Shown here piece after piece: positions 11,797 to 23,282 of a DNA stretch of 64,000 nt. Both the position numbers and the translations under genes were made by a program. The stretch is from contig OZ037847.1 in NCBI GenBank assembly GCA_964035575.1, positions 1,488,001 to 1,552,000 on the forward strand, given 5' to 3'. The notes beneath the pieces were generated by a model that was given only the letters and a program-made list of their open reading frames with translations, did no database searches and was not told the DNA's origin. Position 1 is the first letter of the stretch. Each line of letters begins with the position of its first letter. The stretch is from Rhynchopus sp. YZ270_cl-10 (lineage: Eukaryota).

Positions 11797-14723
11797 ACAT
11801 TTGACATTATTTAATGTTGTTTTGTTGTTTTTTTCCCCTTTCGTATAGATAAGTGGCTGTCACGAAAAGTGTCAATCTGAGTGGGCGCAGAGTGTTAACC
11901 TATACTGAAGCATTTTCCATAGTTGTTCAATTTTCATTCTCAAGGATGACAGTACAGAGATGCAGCATCATCATCTGACCAAAAAAAAAAAAAATTCTTT
12001 CAGTGTCTGTGACCCTCCGGTGTACGGTAAGGTATTCACACTTTTCAATTTCTCTTTTCGTGCTCCCCCGCACGATACTAAGAGGCTTATTCGTCTTTCA
12101 AAATCTTTTCTATAAATCTGTTGGCCGACATAAAATGCACCCAAGCTTGTTTGAGGTGGGAAAAAAAGGGCCACTATTTTTTTTCTCTCTTCTTCTCTCT
12201 GTCAATTTTGTAATGTTTCTTTTACAAACTTTTTTCTGAAAAGGAGTCTGTCTTATGTATTTGCAAAGACGGCTTCGCTCTTTCAATGTTATCTTGCGAA
12301 TGGATTTTTTTAAGAGCAAATTATGCTCCCGTATATAGTTAAGAGTCAGACAGTGTGCATCACCTTTGTTGAAAAATCGCACAGGGGCGGTAGCGACTTG
12401 ATCGCTGCTATCCTATCTTTCCGTGCGGATATAATAATAAGAGTAAATGCAACCCCGATGCTTTTTGTCAATATTTTCCTCCTCACGCACACTCTGACAA
12501 CAACAAAACAAAAAAATAACATTAATACCACTTCCACCAGTCTTTTTCCTTCTCTCTTTTAACCTCTGTTCGATAATAGATACGTTTTGGGTTTCTTCCC
12601 TTAGCGTATTGTGTTTTGTGATCCGGTGCCTGCGTCCGCAGAGGCGTTTGTACTAAATATTTTTTTTTTAGATGGCTAATCGCGTGCGACTTAGACTCAT
12701 TTCGCAAAATCTTTTTCCTTTGTTTTGTCCGCAATTGCAGAGTTATATCTTTTTGTTGGTCTTAGTTTCCCTCCCCTCGACCTACTGATTAATGTAGTGC
12801 TCCCAGGTGAATTACCTGAAACAATGTAGGCAGCTGGGCAATCATTCATTTAGTCAGTTTTTTTTTTCTTCTTTTTTTGCTTCCGTCGAAGTATTGCTCG
12901 CGCAGTGCCCTGAAGCGAATTTTTTTTTTTTAGAGAGGTAACTCCATCCACATCTTCGGATCATCTCGTCAACCCCTTTTTTTGTGCATCAATAACTATT
13001 AGTTATGAGGTACAAGGAACCAACGAAAAAAATAAAATAAATAAACTGTTCACTGCAGGACCAATAAAAAAGCAAGGACAAAGAAAATGCCAATTTCATG
13101 TTTTCTCACTCTCTCTCTCTCTTTCTTTCTTATACACTTCACCCACCTCCTTTTGTGTTTCTATTCTTCTTCGTTCAAATAATTTGCAAAAAAAAAAAAA
13201 AAAAAAAGAAAAAGAAAAAGAAAAATGTCTGCTAACTAATAGGGGTAATTCTTGCGCAGAATATGGCCCCAATGTGTGTTATGTGTTTCAGAGCAGTTTA
13301 CCTTAGGTATTGTGTGTTAATTTTTAATTAAGTCAAGGATTTACTTACAGTGATTAGCCACAATCAACGCCCTCCCAATACACCCAATGTGTGGATGTGT
13401 GTGCACTAGAGCTTTTTTGCTCATCATTCTTATTTTTCTCTTTTTCTTCCAAAATGTGAGCATGTGGGAGGGTTCGTTCAGCTGTCTTTATTTTCTGTTG
13501 GGACGTAGATTCTTTGTACCTTCACTTTGCAAAAGGATGGCGGGTATTTTCTGTTGCAAAATGTAGAAAGCCACAATGAAAGACGACTTCTCTCTTCAGG
13601 TAAAAACCCTAACAAAAGAATTTAAAAATACCCCCCATCCACATTTCTTGTTGATCTCCTTTTCATTGTGCTGGTTGATTATTTTTAAACTTTGTGTTGT
13701 TATTTTCATATTTCTTGTTCTAGTTGCAAGCAAATTGGGTGATCTTCATCGAACCCGATTCTTTTCGCCTCTTTGTGACTTTGAAACTTAACCTCATTAT
13801 AAACTATTACCGAGGTTCCCTCCCCCAACATACGATTCCACCTTTGAAGCGTTTCGTTGGCGTGTCTGAGTCAAAGAGGCTTTTCACAACCAATTACCCA
13901 AAAAATAACAAAATGTCTGACAATTATTTTTTTGCCGCTTCACACATCGCTTCATTTTGTCGATGCCTTTTCAATACATGAAAAAGGATGACACTGTGAT
14001 CAAAACCAACCTCAAATAGGCGATTGTAGATGCAACAAAAAAAATCTTCTTATCTTGGACAGTGGAGATTGCACAACTGTGGCAACACAACCGAGGCAAC
14101 TACACTACTCCAACAATTTATCAAAAAAGAGAAAAAAATAAAACAGAAACACAAATTCAGCGTCCAATTTGATTTCAGTGTTTTTTGGAACGATGTGTGC
14201 ATCCGCGAGGCCCATGCGTCTTTCATTATCTTCTCTACCCCTATTTTTTGAGATTTTCCGCTTTCCAAAATTATTGGGATTTTAGTTGAAAAAAAAAAAA
14301 GGGAGAAAACCTATTTATTTTTGTTCCGTTTGTCTCCTCGGGTTCCCGGTGTAAAATCACCCTACCCCCTAGGTGCCATAAACTCTTTTTTTTCAGCGTT
14401 TTTTGGTGACGTTTTTTCGTGCCTGAAATTCTAGAATTTAATTTCTATTTTATCAAAACAAACCCCCTAGGGTGCCCCAACTAAGAGCGTTTCGAGAAGG
14501 AAAAAAAAACTTGTGTGCACGTTTAGGAAGGCAACTTCCTCTTTAGCCCGCCGACTCTATTTTCTTGCAGATTCCAGGACCGTACATTGCCCTGTTCCCT
14601 AAAAAAGGAATTTTTTTTTTTTCCAAAAACCAACAGATAGACTTTCAATTCAGGGATCAGCCTACCGGTGTAAAGAGACGAGGCCTCAACTGTTTCAAAA
14701 TTTGTCATTTTTTTTTTCCCTTC

Positions 14724-17700
14724 CAATTTACTTCCGGGAGTTTGGGTGCATTTAGTGCACCCTATACCTTCTATTCAGTAGAATAGATAGTACATTGAAA
14801 CAATTTACTTCCGGGAGTTTGGGTGCATTTAGTGCACCCTATACCTTCTATTCAGTAGAATAGATAGTACATTGAAACAATTTACTTCCGGGAGTTTGGG
14901 TGCATTTAGTGCACCCTATACCTTCTATTCAGTAGAATAGATAGTACAGTGAAACAATTTACTTCCGGGAGTTTGGGTGCATTTAGTGCACCCTATACCT
15001 TCTATTCAGTAGAATAGATAGTACATTGAAACAATTTACTTCCGGGAGTTTGGGTGCATTTAGTGCACCCTATACCTTCTATTCAGTAGAATAGATAGTA
15101 CAGTGAAACAATTTACTTCCCTCTCTGGGAGTTTGGGTGCATTTAGTGCACCCTATACCTTCTATTCAGTAGAATAGATAGTACAGTGAAACAATTTACT
15201 TCCGGGAGTTTGGGTGCATTTAGTGCACCCTATACCTTCTATTCAGTAGAATAGATAGTACAGTGAAACAATTTACTTCCCTCTCTGGGAGTTTGGGTGC
15301 ATTTAGTGCACCCTATACCTTCTATTCAGTAGAATAGATAGTACATTGAAACAATTTACTTCCGGGAGTTTGGGTGCATTTAGTGCACCCTATACCTTCT
15401 ATTCAGTAGAATAGATAGTACAGTGAAACAATTTACTTCCCTCTCTGGGAGTTTGGGTGCATTTAGTGCACCCTATACCTTCTATTCAGTAGAATAGATA
15501 GTACAGTGAAACAATTTACTTCCGGGAGTTTGGGTGCATTTAGTGCACCCTATACCTTCTATTCAGTAGAATAGATAGTACAGTGAAACAATTTACTTCC
15601 GGGAGTTTGGGTGCATTTAGTGCACCCTATACCTTCTATTCAGTAGAATAGATAGTACATTGAAACAATTTACTTCCGGGAGTTTGGGTGCATTTAGTGC
15701 ACCCTATACCTTCTATTCAGTAGAATAGATAGTACAGTGAAACAATTTACTTCCGGGAGTTTGGGTGCATTTAGTGCACCCTATACCTTCTATTCAGTAG
15801 AATAGATAGTACAGTGAAACAATTTACTTCCCTCTCTGGGAGTTTGGGTGCATTTAGTGCACCCTATACCTTCTATTCAGTAGAATAGATAGTACATTGA
15901 AACAATTTACTTCCGGGAGTTTGGGTGCATTTAGTGCACCCTATACCTTCTATTCAGTAGAATAGATAGTACATTGAAACAATTTACTTCCCTCTCTGGG
16001 AGTTTGGGTGCATTTAGTGCACCCTATACCTTCTATTCAGTAGAATAGATAGTACATTGAAACAATTTACTTCCCTCTCTGGGAGTTTGGGTGCATTTAG
16101 TGCACCCTATACCTTCTATTCAGTAGAATAGATAGTACAGTGAAACAATTTACTTCCGGGAGTTTGGGTGCATTTAGTGCACCCTATACCTTCTATTCAG
16201 TAGAATAGATAGTACAGTGAAACAATTTACTTCCGGGAGTTTGGGTGCATTTAGTGCACCCTATACCTTCTATTCAGTAGAATAGATAGTACATTGAAAC
16301 AATTTACTTCCGGGAGTTTGGGTGCATTTAGTGCACCCTATACCTTCTATTCAGTAGAATAGATAGTACATTGAAACAATTTACTTCCCTCTCTGGGAGT
16401 TTGGGTGCATTTAGTGCACCCTATACCTTCTATTCAGTAGAATAGATAGTACAGTGAAACAATTTACTTCCGGGAGTTTGGGTGCATTTAGTGCACCCTA
16501 TACCTTCTATTCAGTAGAATAGATAGTACAGTGAAACAATTTACTTCCGGGAGTTTGGGTGCATTTAGTGCACCCTATACCTTCTATTCAGTAGAATAGA
16601 TAGTACAGTGAAACAATTTACTTCCGGGAGTTTGGGTGCATTTAGTGCACCCTATACCTTCTATTCAGTAGAATAGATAGTACAGTGAAACAATTTACTT
16701 CCGGGAGTTTGGGTGCATTTAGTGCACCCTATACCTTCTATTCAGTAGAATAGATAGTACATTGAAACAATTTACTTCCCTCTCTGGGAGTTTGGGTGCA
16801 TTTAGTGCACCCTATACCTTCTATTCAGTAGAATAGATAGTACAGTGAAACAATTTACTTCCGGGAGTTTGGGTGCATTTAGTGCACCCTATACCTTCTA
16901 TTCAGTAGAATAGATAGTACAGTGAAACAATTTACTTCCGGGAGTTTGGGTGCATTTAGTGCACCCTATACCTTCTATTCAGTAGAATAGATAGTACATT
17001 GAAACAATTTACTTCCGGGAGTTTGGGTGCATTTAGTGCACCCTATACCTTCTATTCAGTAGAATAGATAGTACATTGAAACAATTTACTTCCGGGAGTT
17101 TGGGTGCATTTAGTGCACCCTATACCTTCTATTCAGTAGAATAGATAGTACAGTGAAACAATTTACTTCCGGGAGTTTGGGTGCATTTAGTGCACCCTAT
17201 ACCTTCTATTCAGTAGAATAGATAGTACATTGAAACAATTTACTTCCGGGAGTTTGGGTGCATTTAGTGCACCCTATACCTTCTATTCAGTAGAATAGAT
17301 AGTACATTGAAACAATTTACTTCCCTCTCTGGGAGTTTGGGTGCATTTAGTGCACCCTATACCTTCTATTCAGTAGAATAGATAGTACAGTGAAACAATT
17401 TACTTCCCTCTCTGGGAGTTTGGGTGCATTTAGTGCACCCTATACCTTCTATTCAGTAGAATAGATAGTACAGTGAAACAATTTACTTCCGGGAGTTTGG
17501 GTGCATTTAGTGCACCCTATACCTTCTATTCAGTAGAATAGATAGTACATTGAAACAATTTACTTCCCTCTCTGGGAGTTTGGGTGCATTTAGTGCACCC
17601 TATACCTTCTATTCAGTAGAATAGATAGTACAGTGAAACAATTTACTTCCCTCTCTGGGAGTTTGGGTGCATTTAGTGCACCCTATACCTTCTATTCAGT

Positions 17701-18065
17701 AGAATAGATAGTACATTGAAACAATTTACTTCCCTCTCTGGGAGTTTGGGTGCATTTAGTGCACCCTATACCTTCTATTCAGTAGAATAGATAGTACATT
17801 GAAACAATTTACTTCCGGGAGTTTGGGTGCATTTAGTGCACCCTATACCTTCTATTCAGTAGAATAGATAGTACATTGAAACAATTTACTTCCCTCTCTG
17901 GGAGTTTGGGTGCATTTAGTGCACCCTATACCTTCTATTCAGTAGAATAGATAGTACATTGAAACAATTTACTTCCCTCTCTGGGAGTTTGGGTGCATTT
18001 AGTGCACCCTATACCTTCTATTCAGTAGAATAGATAGTACATTGAAACAATTTACTTCCCTCTCT
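14724..18065. repeat. Tandem array of 42 full units (27 x 77 bp and 15 x 83 bp) plus a partial unit
   Basis: Unit CAATTTACTTCC[CTCTCT]GGGAGTTTGGGTGCATTTAGTGCACCCTATACCTTCTATTCAGTAGAATAGATAGTACA(T/G)TGAAA. 27x77+15x83=3324, which equals 18048-14724. Confidence 0.97.
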
Positions 18066-18130
18066 TCAAAAGACATGAGTATGTGTATCCGTGAGGCCCA
18101 TACGTCAATTCAACCTACTCTCTGTTCTCT

Positions 18131-18170
<40 letters not shown>

Positions 18171-18468
18171 GTTCATCCACTGTTAGTGTTTCCAACACAA
18201 GGTTTCTTTCTCACCCATTCTTCCCTTTTCCCTCTTCCCGGCACAACACCCCCCTTTTTTGTGATCAATGTGACCCACCACACGAGGCTTATATTCATCA
18301 TTTTTTTTGTCGCACTATCTTCAGCGTCTTTTTTCAACACCGTAATATTCAGGAAAAGGGCAAGGCGAAACCCCTCTCTCTCCCCCCCTCCTTTTCCCTC
18401 AAACTCGTAATCTCATACAAAGTAACGCGCCTTTCCTCTACAACCCTACTACAAAACTATGCAAAATT

Positions 18469-18525
18469 AAACAGAGCACAAAGCACTTTCAAAACAAAAA
18501 AAAAAAAGCATTTTCAAACCCCCCC
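18469..18525 (+). repeat. A-rich family L (also about 6081-6140; partial at 3310 and 8331)
   Basis: AGAGCACAAAGCACTTTCAAA.C(A)n.CATTTTCAA..CCCCC shared. Confidence 0.6.
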
Positions 18526-18680
18526 TCCTTTCCCCTCAAAAAAAGTACAAAGTTTTTATTTCTTTTTGTACCTACGTCCGTAGAGGCGTTTTGCACTCTC
18601 TTTATTTTATTTTCTGCGAGAGAACAACCTTTCAGTTCTATTCGCGTTGGGGGTTGGGTTGGGACCTTTTTTTTTTTTGT

Positions 18681-18822
18681 TACGCACACTACTCTGTGTG
18701 CGGAAAGTGTCACGTCGTTCACTCACCCCCAACCGTGCTCCGCAACACCCTCACTCACCGTGGAAGCGTCAACGCATCAAACAACTACAAGAAAGGGGGG
18801 GTGAGGGAACGACAAGTGACAC
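18681..18822 (+). ncRNA. Structured family D, copy 1
   Basis: GTGTCAC/GTGACAC, GTCGTTC/GAACGAC and CTCACC/GGTGAG stems enclose the conserved GTGGAAGCG-N4-CGCATCAAAC. Confidence 0.55.
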
Positions 18823-19781
18823 TTTTAACCCATCCACTTCCCCTTCCCCTTCCCATCACCTTGTTATTAGAACGAATAATCAACACACCCCCCTTTTTTT
18901 TGCAAAATGCCAGCCTGAGTTTGCTAATTTAATAATCCTAAAAACATTTTCCCCCATTTTGCACAGTGCTTTGGTAGAAGAATTAGGTCAACACAATAAA
19001 AAAAACTCAGCGTAAGAGAAAAAAAAGAATATAATTGTCGAAACTACAAAAAAAAAAACCCCCCTCTTTCTTTTTCTCCCAAACCCCATCTCCCACCCGA
19101 CCCTCGGTTGACACGCCAGCTCTCCATCCCATCATTCCCACCCATTTTTTTTTGGTAATTCTGTTGATCCTGTTTTTCTCTTGTTCTTATTCTAATCTCG
19201 TTAGAAAAAACACCCCCCTCCCACGAATTATCCCAAGAAAAAACCCCCCCCCAAAAAAATCATTTTTTTTTTTTTTATTGAGGCAGCATTTTTTTGTAGT
19301 TTTGTTGAGAGTGTTCTCAAGGTACTAGAGTAGTCTTTGTTTCATCTCGCCAAAAAAAAAAAAAAAAGGGCCAACATTGAGTACAGACCCGAATTCTCCC
19401 ACCTGGTGGGATTACTCGGCGATTGTAGACACAACAAAAAATGGCGTTTTTCTTTAAAGATGTGTACGCACGAGAGACGTATTCATCTTTCAAATGTTCT
19501 TCTCATTGCCCCATCCACTGACAAAACCCCTCTTTCTTTTACAAATGTATGTGCCCCCCCTTTTTGAGGAACTTGCATTTTTCTCCCCCCTCCCCCCCTC
19601 TTTGTTTTTCAAGGTGACTAAACACGGAAACCTTCGAATCATCTTATTTCCTCTTTTCTTTTTCTGTTTGAGAAAATTCAGTGAACGGTGATGTGGACAG
19701 GGGGGGGGGGTAGTTAGCCATCTTTGAAAGCTGCACTACCCCATCTGGTGAGTGCATAAGAAGGGAAAAAAAAAATAACTC

Positions 19782-19841
19782 GGCCTTCGGGCAACATTGA
19801 GTACAGATCCTGCATTAGCAGGTGATTGTCGACACAACAAC
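19782..19841 (+). ncRNA. Hairpin family C, representative copy, with conserved GTACAGA internal loop
   Basis: TCGGGCAA-CATTGAGTACAGA-T-CCTGC.ATTA.GCAGG-TGA-TTGTCGA-CACAAC. Related copies near 975, 4731, 19368, 38684, 38945, 40287, 40963, 42808, 43853, 43971, 46183. Confidence 0.5.
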
Positions 19842-22800
19842 AAATAGGGGGGAAATAGCTTTCTTTTGCAGGAGGGATTTCCTCCCAGACCCACACTACC
19901 CAACCCCCCCACGGTAGACGGTACCCGTCTTTTTATTGATTTTTTTTTTTTTTTTGAAAAAAAATTTGCTGATAAGTTGGTCACATGTACCTTTACATCC
20001 TCTGAAGAAAGGTGTCTGGTCGATAGACTGTGTTATTATACTGTATTGTATTTTCTCTCGTTTCTAAAAAAAAAAAAAATCTAACAAAAAACAATCAGAG
20101 CCATCCGCCCCCTCTTCTCTCCCCTCAAGGGTTCCCCCTCTACTCCTTTGGATGGATAATTATGTTTGCCATCGCAGTTGCAAACCATAATGCTGACTTG
20201 AAAAGAACGGATGTGAGTTACATTCATCTCAAAAGGCTGCATTTTTTTTAAAAAGGTGTATGTGTGAGCCTCAGAGGGGGGCACATCCATCTTTTTTCAA
20301 ATTTTCTCTTTTTTTTTTTTTCTTTCTCTCTTCTATCCATGTGTTTCTTCTTCAGCTTGGATATTCAAACGCCACTTCCCTTCTTTGGTCCTTTTGGTGC
20401 TCTGTAACACATTTCATTCAGTTTTTCTCTCTTTTGTTAGGAGAGTGCATGTTTGTTAAAGCTACACCCTTTTTTTTTTTTTTCCAAGCGTCTTACCACC
20501 CCATGGGGACGGTAGGTCAAAAACAATCATGTACTCCCTCACGATAAAACCCCTCTGTAAAGGGCCTTTCTTTCCCCCCCCCCACGTACAAGGAACGATG
20601 CGAATTAATCCCCACCCCCGCATTTTTGAATCCTTGGACGGACGGTGAATTTTTTTTTAAAAAGAGTTGTGTCGATAATTGCGTTGTAGCTACGCTACCG
20701 AGGTAGCTAGGCGATTTGTTGACATAAAGAAGGGGTGTTGATGGTGTTAAATAATTGCTAAGGGAATGGCTGCATAAAGTTTCGTTTTATTTCCTTTACT
20801 TCCTCTTATAGGCAACTGGGCCACGGCAACGTTCGCGAAGTGCATCGTGGCTGCCACAACCATGCCATTCCTGTGGTATTGATGTAGTAACAGAGTGGTA
20901 CACCATATTTGAGTAGTCTGAGATGTACAGTTCGTTTTTTTTTTTTTTCGCACAGCAAAAAAGGGGTTGACCCCAAACCCAGATACCAACTCATATACAA
21001 AAGGCCCGCAATCCCAGGCTGTTCTGTATTGACTTAACAGGGAAAAATGGTGGTGCATGTATACACTATGTTTTTTTTTTTTAAACTCAAAAAAATAGTC
21101 GTTGTTGAAACACAACTCAGTCGTTAACACTTTTTTTTTTTTTGACTCAATGTGTCTGAGGTCGTTTTCTTTCTTCTTCTTCCATACAACCTTTCAAAAC
21201 AACCCCTACCCATGTTTTTTTTTCAGTGACTGCGTCGAGGTGTTTGTACTTTTTTTTTCTTCTTGTCAAACAAGAAAAGCAACAACAAGGAAAAGAACAC
21301 CCTCTATTATTGCTAAAACGGCAAATTGGCAGCAGGTTTTGCTAAAAAAAACATTAAAAAAAAACCAAAACAAAACAAAACAAAAAAACACACACAACAC
21401 TCTCTTCCTACCCTCTTCTTAAAATCCATTCAAAGTCCCCACTCCATTCCCCCCCTCTCTGGGGGAAAAACACACATATTATCTTTCTTTTTTAGAACGG
21501 AGTTCAAAGGACGTATAGATTAGTTGATTTTTTTTGTGAAGATGTGTGTGTCACGATGCATCTTTCCAAGTTATTTTTTCTTCCTCTTTTGAGGCGACTA
21601 CGCACCTGCTATATGCATTATTTGCTAAGGGGAAAAAAAATAGAAGTTGTTCCATTATACATTTTTGTCAGAAAATAATGTATATGAAACAACTTCTTCT
21701 TTTGAGGCGACTACGCACATTGTTCAAAACATTAAGTAATCTAATCAGACTACGCACACAGAACGTGTCCTCGTACCTTTTTCTTTCTCTTTTTCTCGCT
21801 CTCTTTTTAGTTTGGACCAAGCAGGCACCGTAAAACGCTCAGCTGCTAATCCATACACACATCCCGTCCAATCTTACACCCCTTCGCGATGTCGTATTTA
21901 CTCTGTCTTTTTAAGGTGGCTAAGCACAGAGAGGCTTAGGATTTATAAACTTTTCTTTTTTTCCCCCACCATGTTTATGAACAGTCACCCCCTCCACTCC
22001 TTCCGACCCTTTGGGTTCCATGCAATAAGCACTACACTCCCTAATCTGGGGAAGTCTTATTTAGAATCTCAAAAAAAAAAGCGGAAATAGGGTGTGTGTG
22101 GGGGGTTCAGGGTGTATTCATTCTGTGAGATTGCCGTTTGTATTGGCAATGTATTGCCAGACGAAAAAAAATGGCCTTTTTTGCACCTGAAACTGATTTA
22201 CAATTACGGGTGTATCCTCGAAGGGATGTGTCGGGGGGGTGAAGTAACATTGCACCACCCCCGAGTGTTCCGCACTGCGAGGGGCTTTCAGGAGCGTTAT
22301 CAGCATCACCTGTTGAGATGTTTCTTGTGTTATTTTATTTTATTTTATTTTATTTTTATTTGATGCTGCGCGATAACGAATGTGATCAAGCTTGACGTAA
22401 GCACAGAGAGAGCTTAGGGTCATCTTGTAAACTTTTCTTTTCTTTTTTTTTCTGTTCCTTTTTTACTGTGCAACCTACGTCCAGGTACACACCACTTCTT
22501 CCTCCCTTTTCTGTGTTCTCTATTTTGTTTCTCTCGTTGTGGGGTATTGTGTTTCTGCAGACAGCGCTCATCGCATTAAAAAAACAAAAGAGTATGTGAC
22601 CCACATAGCGGGCACATTCCATTTGTATCCATTTAATAGAAAAGAGAAAAGAAAAAAAACTTTGCGTACCTCTCTCGTACAATTGTCACAACAAAAAAAA
22701 GGGTTTCCGTCTTTGTCTCCCTTTTTTGTAAAGCGGGTTGTCTTGTTCACATACCCCCTTTTTTTAAGGTGAGCTAAGTATATGACTTAGGTTGCTCTGA

Positions 22801-23128
22801 CTAACTTTTCTTAAAATATGACAAGGTCTGTATCGCCAATAACGAAAAAAAAACAGAGGAGGAACCCCCCCTCTTCACCTATATTTTATTTTTGTGTTTT
22901 TTTTTTCCCTTCATACTTTTCTTTGATGTGAAAGTATATGAAAACTAATCTCTTTCAGTTCTCTCTCTCTCTTTTCTGGGAGGCGTTAATTTTGTGTGCA
23001 CGCACTGCATGTTATGGAATTCTTTAGGCCAATCAGTGAGACGCAGTCCCTACTTTTAAAAGGAAAATATATGGGGTCCCATTTTTTTTTAAAAGCGCGA
23101 GAGGCTAGGGTAATCTCTTTTTATTTTT

Positions 23129-23282
23129 TACGCACACTACTTTGTGAGCGGAAAGTGTCACGTCGTTCACCCCTAACCGTGCTCCGCACCACCACCCAAC
23201 AGATGAGAGATGGTGTGTGGAAGCGTCAACGCATCAAACAACTACAAGAAGAGGGGGGTGAGGGAACGACAAAGTGTGACAT
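23129..23282 (+). ncRNA. Structured family D, copy 2
   Basis: Same stems and conserved core as the 18681 copy, with a longer variable arm. Confidence 0.55.

Noticed and set aside
14724..14800. Hammerhead ribozyme in the satellite unit (minus strand CTGAATAGA..stem..AAAC..GTA)
   Set aside because: No intact CUGANGA next to stem II, and the essential G of GAAA is missing.
14724..18065. CRISPR array
   Set aside because: No unique spacers, units differ only at two biallelic sites, no cas genes, eukaryotic context.
19782..19841. HDV-like ribozyme suggested by GGGCAACATT
   Set aside because: Could not build the nested double pseudoknot, and the motif is not conserved in other family C copies.
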